The notes beneath the pieces are model-generated. The model saw only the letters and a program-made list of their open reading frames with translations. It was not told where the DNA came from and did not search any database. Below, in pieces: positions 56,410-64,000 of a stretch of 64,000 bases of DNA. The DNA is from an uncultured bacterium (GTDB lineage Bacteria; Fidelibacterota; Marinisomatia; Marinisomatales; TCS55): assembly GCA_964343505.1 (NCBI GenBank), contig CAYFJU010000005.1, positions 1,669-65,668 on the forward strand, read 5' to 3'. Positions within the stretch are counted from its first letter, which is position 1; every line of letters starts with the position of its first letter. A program made the position numbers and the translations under genes.

Positions 56410-57600
56410 TTGGGAAATAGAAGAGAATTTTTGAAAAAGTCATCCCTGGCGATGGGTGGATTATCTTTGGGTTTGGGTCCAATGATTTTAAAAGGTGCGG
56501 GGAAAAACGAAATCATTAATATCGGTGTTATCGGGACTGGTGACCGCGGCGGTGGCTTAACCCGGATAATGAAAGATATTCCCCACCTCCGGGTTTTGGG
56601 ATGTTGTGACATCATTCCTTTCAGGCTGGAAAAAACACTGTCTAATGCCCATAAGAATGCAAAAGGTTATACAGATTACCGGAAAATGCTGGACAATCCG
56701 GATATTGATGCCATCATCGTATCCACACCCTTCAGTATGCATTATGAAATGGCCATGGATGCTCTGGATGCAGGGAAGCATGTCTTTTGTGAAAAAACCA
56801 TGATTCGTGGGATCAAAGAATCCAAACAATTGGTCAAATCGGTTAAGAACCAAAAAAAGACTTTTCAGGTTGGACATCAATACCATAATTCAAGGCTTTA
56901 TTTAGAAGTGGTTAAGCAGATTCGAAAGGGATTTATTGGTGAGGTTACTGCTTTTGAATGTCAATGGAATAGAAATGGAAACTGGCGGCGCCATGTGCCT
57001 GATCCTAAATGGGAACGGATGATCAATTGGCGAATGTATCGTGAATATTCGGGCGGTTTAGCGGCGGAATTATCGTCTCATCAAATCGATTTCTGCAATT
57101 GGGTGACGGGATCTCATATTCAAAAACTCACCGGATTTGGTGGAATCGATCATTGGAAGGATGGGCGGGAAACCTTTGACAATATTCACCTGATTACTGA
57201 ATATCCCAATGGGGTAAAAGCCAGTTTTAAGTGCATGACCAACAATGCTTATAACGATTATATGATTGTTGTGAAAGGGACAAAAGGCACCTTTGTCATA
57301 AAACCTTTCAGTGCAACGATCTATGCTGAATCCAATAAAGTGAAAGAGTTAGGGCTTGTGGATGGTGTTTCGGGGGCCACCTTGCAGACCTTGAAGTCAG
57401 GTAAGGGAAAAAAGTTAGACGTGAATCATATGGATCCAACTAAACAGGCGCTTTTGGATTTTGGCGAAAATATCCGGAATAATAAAAAACCCATATCCAA
57501 TGTGGAATCGGGCGCTTTGGTTTCCATCTCAGTCCAAATGGCTTTAGATGCTATGATAGGCGGGAAGATAGAATATTGGAAACCACATTATGACATTTAA
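56410..57600 (+). CDS. Tat-exported Gfo/Idh/MocA family oxidoreductase (second copy)
   Basis: The ORF is open from 56374; TTG 56410 gives (M)GNRREFLKKSSLAMGGLSLGLG. IGVIGTGDRGGG and FCEKTM. The start is uncertain. Confidence 0.8.
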   Translation: MGNRREFLKKSSLAMGGLSLGLGPMILKGAGKNEIINIGVIGTGDRGGGLTRIMKDIPHLRVLGCCDIIPFRLEKTLSNAHKNAKGYTDYRKMLDNPDIDAIIVSTPFSMHYEMAMDALDAGKHVFCEKTMIRGIKESKQLVKSVKNQKKTFQVGHQYHNSRLYLEVVKQIRKGFIGEVTAFECQWNRNGNWRRHVPDPKWERMINWRMYREYSGGLAAELSSHQIDFCNWVTGSHIQKLTGFGGIDHWKDGRETFDNIHLITEYPNGVKASFKCMTNNAYNDYMIVVKGTKGTFVIKPFSATIYAESNKVKELGLVDGVSGATLQTLKSGKGKKLDVNHMDPTKQALLDFGENIRNNKKPISNVESGALVSISVQMALDAMIGGKIEYWKPHYDI

Positions 57601-58651
57601 ACTTTTATTCCGTTTAGGGTTAGTCAGTTTTATTTATTTTGTTACAGCCTGCGAAACAAGGGAAGAAAAAAAAATCACTATTGGAGTTTGGGATAATTAT
57701 TCCGAGAAATCCATGTCGGAATGGGATCAATATTTTAAAAAATATATTGAAGCTGGTATAACCGATTATTTTATTCATGGGAGTCCGGAAAATATCCAAA
57801 AACTGGCCCAAATCGTACATGGGAGAGATATTAATCTCCATGCCTGGGTATGGACCATGAATCGGCCAGGAGATAGGGTGGCCGAACAGAATCGGGATTG
57901 GTATTCGGTAAACCGCAATGAGGATAACAGCTACGATTATCGTGCCTATGTGGATTATTACCAGTGGCTGAGCCCCTTTAGCGAAGGGGCGAGGGAACAT
58001 ATTAAATCCATCATGAAATCTTACGCCGAAATAGCAGGTATTACTTCAGTCCATCTGGATTATGTGCGCTATTGCGATGTGGTTCTTCCGCCGAAATTGC
58101 AGCCCAAATATAAACTGGTTCAAGACCGTGAAATGGCGGAATATGATTTTGGTTATCATCCGGAAGCGCGGCGCGGATTTAAAACTATTTTTGGGGTTGA
58201 CCCCCTGGAAATGGATCATCCGGAACTGAGTGATGAATGGCGGCAGTATCGATTGAATGCGCTCACATCTCTGGTGAATGAGATTGCAGAAATTGTTCAT
58301 GCCCATGACAAAAAACTGTCCGCCGCTGTTTTTCCCTTTCCTGAAATGGCCCGCAAAATGGTGCGCCAGGATTGGTCTTCCTGGGATTTGGATATTGTGT
58401 GCCCCATGAATTACCATAATTTTTATAATGACAACCTGGACTGGATCAAGTTTAGTGTAGAAAATGGCGTGCGGGAAACCCAAGGAAAATTTCATTATAA
58501 TTCCGGGCTTTTTGTCGGCGCCCTTTCACCGGAAGATTTGAAAAAAGCCATTCAGAAATCAAAAGATGCGGGCGCCAATGGTGTCACCCTTTTCAGTGTG
58601 AATGGGTTGACGGACACACATCTAGAAATATTAAAAACCATTAAACAGTAA
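57590..58651 (+). CDS. lipoprotein, glycoside-hydrolase-like family 10 (GHL10/DUF187) TIM-barrel candidate
   Basis: 353-aa ORF with lipobox FVTAC. LHAWVWTMN...DWYSVN...WLSPFSEGAREHI...VHLDYVRY resembles the GHL10 pattern as I recall it. Confidence 0.5.
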   Translation: MTFKLLFRLGLVSFIYFVTACETREEKKITIGVWDNYSEKSMSEWDQYFKKYIEAGITDYFIHGSPENIQKLAQIVHGRDINLHAWVWTMNRPGDRVAEQNRDWYSVNRNEDNSYDYRAYVDYYQWLSPFSEGAREHIKSIMKSYAEIAGITSVHLDYVRYCDVVLPPKLQPKYKLVQDREMAEYDFGYHPEARRGFKTIFGVDPLEMDHPELSDEWRQYRLNALTSLVNEIAEIVHAHDKKLSAAVFPFPEMARKMVRQDWSSWDLDIVCPMNYHNFYNDNLDWIKFSVENGVRETQGKFHYNSGLFVGALSPEDLKKAIQKSKDAGANGVTLFSVNGLTDTHLEILKTIKQ

Positions 58652-58660
58652 ACGAGAATT

Positions 58661-61450
58661 ATGTTTGAGAATAATAAAGTACGGTTACCCCTTATCTGTC
58701 TATGGTCAATGCTTGTATTAACGGTTGCATGTACGAAATATGATAAATCCCTTCCGGAGGGAAAGGGGAGACTTGAGATTACCCTCCTGAATGGGGAATC
58801 CGGCCAACCGATTCCAGGGAAATGGTTATTCTTTAATGGGGATGATCCCGTAGATCTTCAATTAACGTCTACGGGCAATTTGGCTATACGCAAGCATACC
58901 ATATATACTCTCACCGGGCGGGATACAATTATCATTCCAATGGGTGAATACGAAATATGGGCCGGGCGTGGTATGGAATACAGCATAGCCAAGAAATCAA
59001 TTACAATTCGTGATCAGGAACATGCGACCCTCACCTTGAAGATTAAAAGAAGTGTCGACACAGAAGGGTTTGTCTCCGGGGATATGCACTTGCATACGGT
59101 CACCCATTCCGGGCATGGTGATTCAAACATGGAAGAGCGTATTATTTCTTGCATTGGAGAAGGTCTGGAATGGGCTGTGGCGACTGACCACAACCATGTG
59201 GTTGACTATGATACCGTCATTACAGCTTTTGCTACAGAACAATATATCTCTAGCACGGTGGGGAATGAAGTAAGTTCTCAATTCGGCCATTTTAATAATT
59301 TTCCCGTTCCAAAAGGGTCTGCTCCGGTTGAAATAGATTCGGCCGATGCCAATAAATTGTTTAAGCAAATTCGAGCCGAAACCGATTCATCGGTAATTCA
59401 GGTAAATCACCCACGCTGGGAAGGGATTGATTATTTCACGGTAATGGATTTTGATGAACATCTGGCTGAAACAGAAAATAAAAATTGGAGTTGGGATTTT
59501 GACGCCATAGAAATACTCAATGAGAATGCCGGGTGGGGGTGGGTGGCGACCTCCCAAAATCCCTATTCTGTGCGTCAGGATTGGTATAACATATTAAACA
59601 GCGGACAAAGGGTAACGGGTGTCGGAAACTCGGATAGTCACACCGTAGAAAAATTGTTGGCCGGTATGCCGCGGAATTATATTGCAAGTCCAACCGACGA
59701 CCCCAGTCTGATCGATGAAAAAACATTAAGCCAAAATATTAACAAGGGGCGGGTGTCCGTCGCTCAGGGGCTTTATGTCCAAATGTGGGTCAATGGCGTT
59801 CAACACCGGAGCGACACAACCCTAACAGGTGGTGAAATTGCAGTTCGCGTTAAAGTTCAGGCGCCGGAATGGATAGATTGCGATTCTGTACAAATTATTG
59901 GTAATGGAAAAATATTGCGGCGGTTTCCGGCCCATCCTGCTAAAAATGGGGTCAAGTTCGACAAAACAATATCCATGAAAATTTCTGAGGATACCTGGTT
60001 GATAGCGGTGGCCACCGGGGATGAATCCATGGCGCCCATGATCCATGATGCACCGGACCCGATTACACCCTTGGGCTTCACAAATCCAGTGTGGGTAGAT
60101 GCCGATGAGGATGGGCAGTTTGTTTCCCTGAAAAAAAGGGCCAATCGTTTAGTCGTGGAATATCAGGATGGCGTCCAATCCTTGGCTTCTGCCTTAACCA
60201 CCCAAACACAAATGATTCCTTTTGTGACGGGCGCTTTGGCCAAGCGCAAGCCCGCAGAAGCAATGGCTTTAATCGCCGAACTCTTACCGGGATTGGATTC
60301 GGACTTAACCCTGTTTATGATTCGCCAATTAGGAAAATTGGATTTGGTAGAAGGAGATCGTCTTTTAGAAAAAATAGAAAAAGGGACAACCGATCCCCTA
60401 ATCAGGTCGGCTGTCCTTTTGGCTTTGGACGCAGAAGAAAAAAATGGATTATCTGCCAAACAATTAAAAAAGCTGCATAATCATTTTCGCCTATTCGATG
60501 AGGGTGATAAAAAATTGACCACCTATATCCTTGAATCGATCAGTGAAAAGGATAAGCAGTTGAAGGAAATATTATCTGCACAAATCACAAATGGTGGGTC
60601 AGATAAAAAAATATCTTTTGAAACGGAAGAATATTCCTGGAAGGAAGATGAATTCTTAATCGGTGGGTACTATCAGTTTTCAAATTCTGAGGCCAATTAT
60701 ATTATGGTTGAGTTCTGGTCTCAAAATGTTGGTGATTTACCTTTTATCATTGAAAGCGATGGTCCGCACTTTGGGTGGGTAAACGGATCGTTATATTTTA
60801 ATCGATCGGAAGGTACTGAAAGTCGCTTCGGCAGAGGTAAAATATCTATACCAGTCCAAGTAGGAAAAAATCAGCTAATTGTTGGTGTCAAGGGTAAACC
60901 ATCAAACTTTTTTCTTGTTCCTTTAGATTCGAACCGGTGGTTGAATCCGGAACTGGCGAATAAGGAAATTGAACCGCACCTGGGTCTGGATATTGTGCCT
61001 GAAATTGAATTTCCCTATGCAGAAAAATATAGGGGAGGTGAAAATGCCCTAACCGACGGCTATCGTGCCTCAACTCAATATTCGGACGGATTTTGGATGG
61101 GGTTTGAAGAAAAAGACATGGTTTTGGAATTTGATCTGGAATCACCCACCCTGATTTCCCAAATTTCAGCCGGTTTTCTCCAGGACTTTAAAGCCTGGAT
61201 TTGGTTGCCTGATGAAATGGAAATATGGATTTCGGAAGAAGGCTATGAATATGAATTTGCAGGGAAATGGACCAATACGATATCCGATCAGAAAAGCCCC
61301 GCTTTCCTACACGAGGCAATTGTCGATATCGAACCATCTTCCGTGCATAAAATAAAAATTATAGCCAATAATATGGGAATTTGCCCTGAATGGCATCAAG
61401 GTGCAGGGGGTAAGGCCTGGTTATTTTGTGATGAAATAAAATTTAAGTAA
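58661..61450 (+). CDS. 929-aa lipoprotein: CehA/McbA-(PHP-)like metallohydrolase core, helical-repeat region and C-terminal discoidin-like module
   Basis: Lipobox LTVAC. Metal motifs GDMHLHTVTHSGHGDS, ATDHNHV, GNEVSSQFGHFNNFP, QVNHPRW, GVGNSDSHT, then FTNPVWVDADEDGQF. The C-terminus ...YRGGENALTDGYRAS...CPEWHQGAGGKAWLFCDEIKFK is shared with the sulfatase at 34141 and the GH20 at 36092. Confidence 0.6.
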   Translation: MFENNKVRLPLICLWSMLVLTVACTKYDKSLPEGKGRLEITLLNGESGQPIPGKWLFFNGDDPVDLQLTSTGNLAIRKHTIYTLTGRDTIIIPMGEYEIWAGRGMEYSIAKKSITIRDQEHATLTLKIKRSVDTEGFVSGDMHLHTVTHSGHGDSNMEERIISCIGEGLEWAVATDHNHVVDYDTVITAFATEQYISSTVGNEVSSQFGHFNNFPVPKGSAPVEIDSADANKLFKQIRAETDSSVIQVNHPRWEGIDYFTVMDFDEHLAETENKNWSWDFDAIEILNENAGWGWVATSQNPYSVRQDWYNILNSGQRVTGVGNSDSHTVEKLLAGMPRNYIASPTDDPSLIDEKTLSQNINKGRVSVAQGLYVQMWVNGVQHRSDTTLTGGEIAVRVKVQAPEWIDCDSVQIIGNGKILRRFPAHPAKNGVKFDKTISMKISEDTWLIAVATGDESMAPMIHDAPDPITPLGFTNPVWVDADEDGQFVSLKKRANRLVVEYQDGVQSLASALTTQTQMIPFVTGALAKRKPAEAMALIAELLPGLDSDLTLFMIRQLGKLDLVEGDRLLEKIEKGTTDPLIRSAVLLALDAEEKNGLSAKQLKKLHNHFRLFDEGDKKLTTYILESISEKDKQLKEILSAQITNGGSDKKISFETEEYSWKEDEFLIGGYYQFSNSEANYIMVEFWSQNVGDLPFIIESDGPHFGWVNGSLYFNRSEGTESRFGRGKISIPVQVGKNQLIVGVKGKPSNFFLVPLDSNRWLNPELANKEIEPHLGLDIVPEIEFPYAEKYRGGENALTDGYRASTQYSDGFWMGFEEKDMVLEFDLESPTLISQISAGFLQDFKAWIWLPDEMEIWISEEGYEYEFAGKWTNTISDQKSPAFLHEAIVDIEPSSVHKIKIIANNMGICPEWHQGAGGKAWLFCDEIKFK

Positions 61451-61622
61451 AAAAAACAAACGTCGGTAAAATTACCCCTAGATTGGGTCAAATCCACCTA
61501 AACTTTTGGGTAATTAGTCTTCATAATAGAATGACTTTTTCTGCGCTTTCCAATTATCTGCAATACCGTATGGGGTAGTGGCAAAAATAATGATATTCCA
61601 GATTAAAGGGATAAAAGGATAC

Positions 61623-61729
61623 TCGCGGTTCTCCTTTTTAAGTTAATTTACCAAATGTCGCTAAACAACGGAGGAGAGCATCCGTATTTTGATATGGTAG
61701 AATCTCAAAAAGTATATGAGAACCGCGAG
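61623..61729. repeat. 12-bp perfect inverted repeat (CTCGCGGTTCTC / GAGAACCGCGAG) flanking 83 nt in a convergent spacer
   Basis: Arms at 61623-61634 and 61718-61729, read directly from the sequence. No coding potential seen between them. Confidence 0.5.
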
Positions 61730-61771
61730 CGATGTAGCTTTAATTCTTTATTCTATAAAAATCCATTTCCA

Positions 61772-63706
61772 CTAAGCAAGCATACCCCGTTTTTCCGCTT
61801 CTCTACGAACTGGTCCCCAAAACCCGATGGGTCGAGACATGACATAGAAAGCAACCAAATGATCCATATCCTCAGGATTAGTCATAAAAGTAACGGGTAT
61901 GTAGATCAATGCATTGCAAATGATCAGCAGCCAAAACTGCATATAGTCCGGCAGGGCGGGGATAATACCAAAGTAGGGTAAAATCCACACAATGAGCCAA
62001 CTGAGGCCAAGATTGGCGATCCATGAACTGAGATAACCCCAGGAGTTAAACCGCCACCAGATCACTTGCAATATGTTTGGCAGCCAAACGCCGGCCGCCA
62101 TAATCCACAGGGCAAAAATGAGCCAGGCTGTCAGTTCTTCTCCAATGATGGCGCCAAAGACAAATGACCCTAAAAGTAGCAAAAAAGTGGAAATTCGCCC
62201 CACATTTACTAATTTACTTTCGGATGCTTTAGGGTTTACATAATGATGGTAAAAATCCCGGGTGGCGTACATGGCCCCCAGATTCAAATGGGTGGACACC
62301 GTAGATAGGTGGATAGCCAAAACACCTGCAAAAAGGAATCCAACCAACCCCACAGGGAGATAATCAAATCCAATTTTATACCAGGCCATTTCATATTCAC
62401 CGCTATTTCCTATTCCTGGGAAGAGAACAAAAAATCCGATAATTGCCGCCGCCCAGATTGAGTTACGAATGAGGACCATGGCCGATCCGGCCCAAATGCT
62501 GTAGGAGGCATCACGGACCGTTTTGGCCGATTGAATGCGCTGTGCTTCCGGGTACCAGTCAATGGATGTGCCCATGCCAAATCCACCGATGAGGGCAATG
62601 ACAAGCATGGTGAGGAACCAGGCTATGGGGAACTGTCCATCAAACATACCGGTAAAACTAAAGGGATTCAGGCGCCATGATTGGCCGTTAAAATGATTAC
62701 GGGCGATATCATGCCAAGTGTTACCCCCATCATAAGAATATTGAACATCGATACGTTTTATCGAGTCATCCCCTTTCGTCCAAACGACGGTGTATCCATT
62801 TCCCGCAGGGATGGAACTGCCAACTTCGGGCCAAAGAATTTTAATCTCTTCATCCACCACCTTGCTTTTAATCTTTTGCGAGGCGGAGGCAGAAAATCCA
62901 TCGTTGGGTTCTTTATCTGGAGTTTCATCAGAGATATTGAAAAATCCATCCTGTTCGGCGAGGATGGACTTGGATTGAGAATCAATAATTCGGAGTTGAG
63001 CTTGTTTTCCTGAACCAGATGCAGGGATTTGCCACTCTACCGTGCTGTTATAATTTTTTAATTTATCAACAATGGTGTTGGGCCCGCCGGCGGCTACCAC
63101 GCCCCAAATGGAGACGATAATTATGATGATGAAAGCAATTATGCCTTGTTGAAAGTCCGCCATAACGACGCCCCAATAACCGGACATGAGAACGTAAATG
63201 GCCCCAATGGCAGTGAAGAATACCAATCCGACCCACATATCCCAGCCAAAGATCATATGGCAGAGTTTTCCCATAGCGATGCCCACCCAGCCGAGGATGA
63301 ACATATTCAGGAACACTTGCCAGCCCGCCAGCCAGCCGCGGAGCATTTCTGCGCCGAGGCCGCCGAACCGCAATCCCTGCCATTCTGCCTGGGAATAGGC
63401 CAGTGAACGGCGAAAGATCCGCGTGGACACAAAGGCCGAGATGGCGCACCAGGCTGAGAAAAAGGCATACCAAAGTCCGCCGAACCCATATTTATATACA
63501 ACACCAGCAATCCAAATGGGTGTATCCGTTGCAGTATGTGTGGCATATACGGAAGAAGCAGGCAGCCACCAGGGCAATCCCCGGCCAGCGAGAAAGAAAT
63601 CAGACTGTGATCGTTTCCCGAGGCGATAAAAATAAGCACCGAAATAAACCATCAACAGGACAAATAGGGTAAGCCAAAGCCAATCCAGAAATTGGAATTG
63701 TATCAT
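61772..63706 (-). CDS. SSS-family sodium:solute symporter with a ~130-aa extracytoplasmic beta-sandwich insertion carrying an Asp-box
   Basis: 644-aa polytopic ORF. Residues ~218-345 (nt ~62672-63055) are hydrophilic: ILWPEVGSSIPAGNGYTVVWTKGDDSIKRIDVQYSYDGGNTWHDIA. The Asp-box SYDGGNTW lies at 62714-62737. Confidence 0.75.
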   Translation of the reverse strand: MIQFQFLDWLWLTLFVLLMVYFGAYFYRLGKRSQSDFFLAGRGLPWWLPASSVYATHTATDTPIWIAGVVYKYGFGGLWYAFFSAWCAISAFVSTRIFRRSLAYSQAEWQGLRFGGLGAEMLRGWLAGWQVFLNMFILGWVGIAMGKLCHMIFGWDMWVGLVFFTAIGAIYVLMSGYWGVVMADFQQGIIAFIIIIIVSIWGVVAAGGPNTIVDKLKNYNSTVEWQIPASGSGKQAQLRIIDSQSKSILAEQDGFFNISDETPDKEPNDGFSASASQKIKSKVVDEEIKILWPEVGSSIPAGNGYTVVWTKGDDSIKRIDVQYSYDGGNTWHDIARNHFNGQSWRLNPFSFTGMFDGQFPIAWFLTMLVIALIGGFGMGTSIDWYPEAQRIQSAKTVRDASYSIWAGSAMVLIRNSIWAAAIIGFFVLFPGIGNSGEYEMAWYKIGFDYLPVGLVGFLFAGVLAIHLSTVSTHLNLGAMYATRDFYHHYVNPKASESKLVNVGRISTFLLLLGSFVFGAIIGEELTAWLIFALWIMAAGVWLPNILQVIWWRFNSWGYLSSWIANLGLSWLIVWILPYFGIIPALPDYMQFWLLIICNALIYIPVTFMTNPEDMDHLVAFYVMSRPIGFWGPVRREAEKRGMLA

Positions 63707-63843
63707 GATTGGCCATTCCGAGTGAAAAATTTAATCAGGGCAAAGGTTAATAAAAAGGAGAGAGCCAGGATCAATCCGGGCAAAACAACTCCCAGCCAAG
63801 GGGCACCAATGCGCTGCGTCGTACTTAATATAACATCTATCAA
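63703..63843 (-). CDS. small (46-aa) predicted single-TM protein, translationally coupled to the SSS transporter
   Basis: Not in the ORF track (<60 aa). TTG at 63843 overlaps the upstream stop (TTGA), and its own TGA overlaps the transporter ATG (ATGA at 63703-63706). Sequence ...GAPWLGVVLPGLILALSFLLTFALIKFF... Confidence 0.45.
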   Translation of the reverse strand: MIDVILSTTQRIGAPWLGVVLPGLILALSFLLTFALIKFFTRNGQS

Positions 63844-63956
63844 TTGAGACCCTCTTTTTGTTTACGTTTAAAGGAAATGTAGGCAAAGATCATGCCCAAA
63901 AAAGAGGCGGCATAGGCAATGGACATGCCAATCACAATGGCTAATCCTTTGGTCAT
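63840..63956 (-). CDS. small (38-aa) predicted single-TM protein, first gene of the SSS transporter operon
   Basis: ATG at 63956, 7 nt after GGGAGG. MTKGLAIVIGMSIAYAASFLGMIFAYISFKRKQKEGLN. Not in the ORF track (<60 aa). Confidence 0.45.
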   Translation of the reverse strand: MTKGLAIVIGMSIAYAASFLGMIFAYISFKRKQKEGLN

Positions 63957-64000
63957 TTGGTCGCCTCCCACTTCTGGATCTCATCCAATTGATGTAAATA

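Noticed and set aside
61655-61981. 108-aa plus-strand ORF in the convergent spacer
   Set aside because: Its 3' half is antisense to the SSS transporter C-terminus. There are no motifs and no SD, so the region is more likely non-coding.
1-64000. Search for mobile elements, prophage or defence systems, tRNA/rRNA genes and CRISPR arrays
   Set aside because: No transposase, integrase, restriction, toxin-antitoxin or cas-like translation appears in the ORF track. I found no long terminal repeats and no tRNA-like or rRNA-like sequence in the spacers I read.

Overview
A 64-kb, AT-leaning bacterial chromosome segment, coded almost entirely on the plus strand and tightly packed, with many 4-8 nt stop/start overlaps. 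I recognised no rRNA, tRNA, CRISPR array, transposase, integrase or phage gene. The taxon cannot be set from sequence alone. A CarboxypepD_reg-type TonB receptor, many lipoprotein signals and the sulfatase/GH-rich locus suggest an FCB-superphylum-like marine heterotroph that still uses Shine-Dalgarno sites (low confidence). There are three blocks. (1) 1-15.2 kb is an accessory catabolic block of unknown substrate: four alpha/beta hydrolases, an acyl-CoA ligase coupled to an atypical KASIII-like enzyme, two paralogous Na+/solute symporters (one frameshifted), a TonB-dependent receptor, a GbsR-like regulator, a Zn-ADH and an ALDH. (2) 15.3-24.3 kb is a TetR gene followed by a near-complete classical menaquinone operon (ubiE/menG, menI, menF, menD, menB, menA and a menC-menE fusion; no menH). 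(3) 25.3-61.5 kb is a LacI-headed co-directional glycan locus of about 36 kb. It holds five Cys-type sulfatases, GH130, GH92, GH20, a GH33-SGNH fusion and GH29. It also holds a full non-phosphorylative L-fucose pathway followed by lutABC, a tandem-DUF1080 protein, two Tat-exported Gfo/Idh/MocA oxidoreductases, a GHL10-like lipoprotein and a 929-aa CehA/PHP-like metallohydrolase. A convergent SSS transporter with a large periplasmic insertion and two tiny coupled membrane ORFs closes the window. The most unusual observations are these. The men spacers are built from short repeats, including 8-nt-phased AACAC pentamer arrays at the menD, menB and menA starts. A GC-rich palindromic 53-mer is inserted twice, in frame, inside menD. 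The flavodoxin gene has an in-frame TAG at a conserved Trp codon. The poorly characterised distal glycan module (oxidoreductases, DUF1080, CehA-like protein) shares a C-terminal binding module with a sulfatase and the GH20. All functional calls rest on my reading of motifs in the supplied translations; no database search was run.
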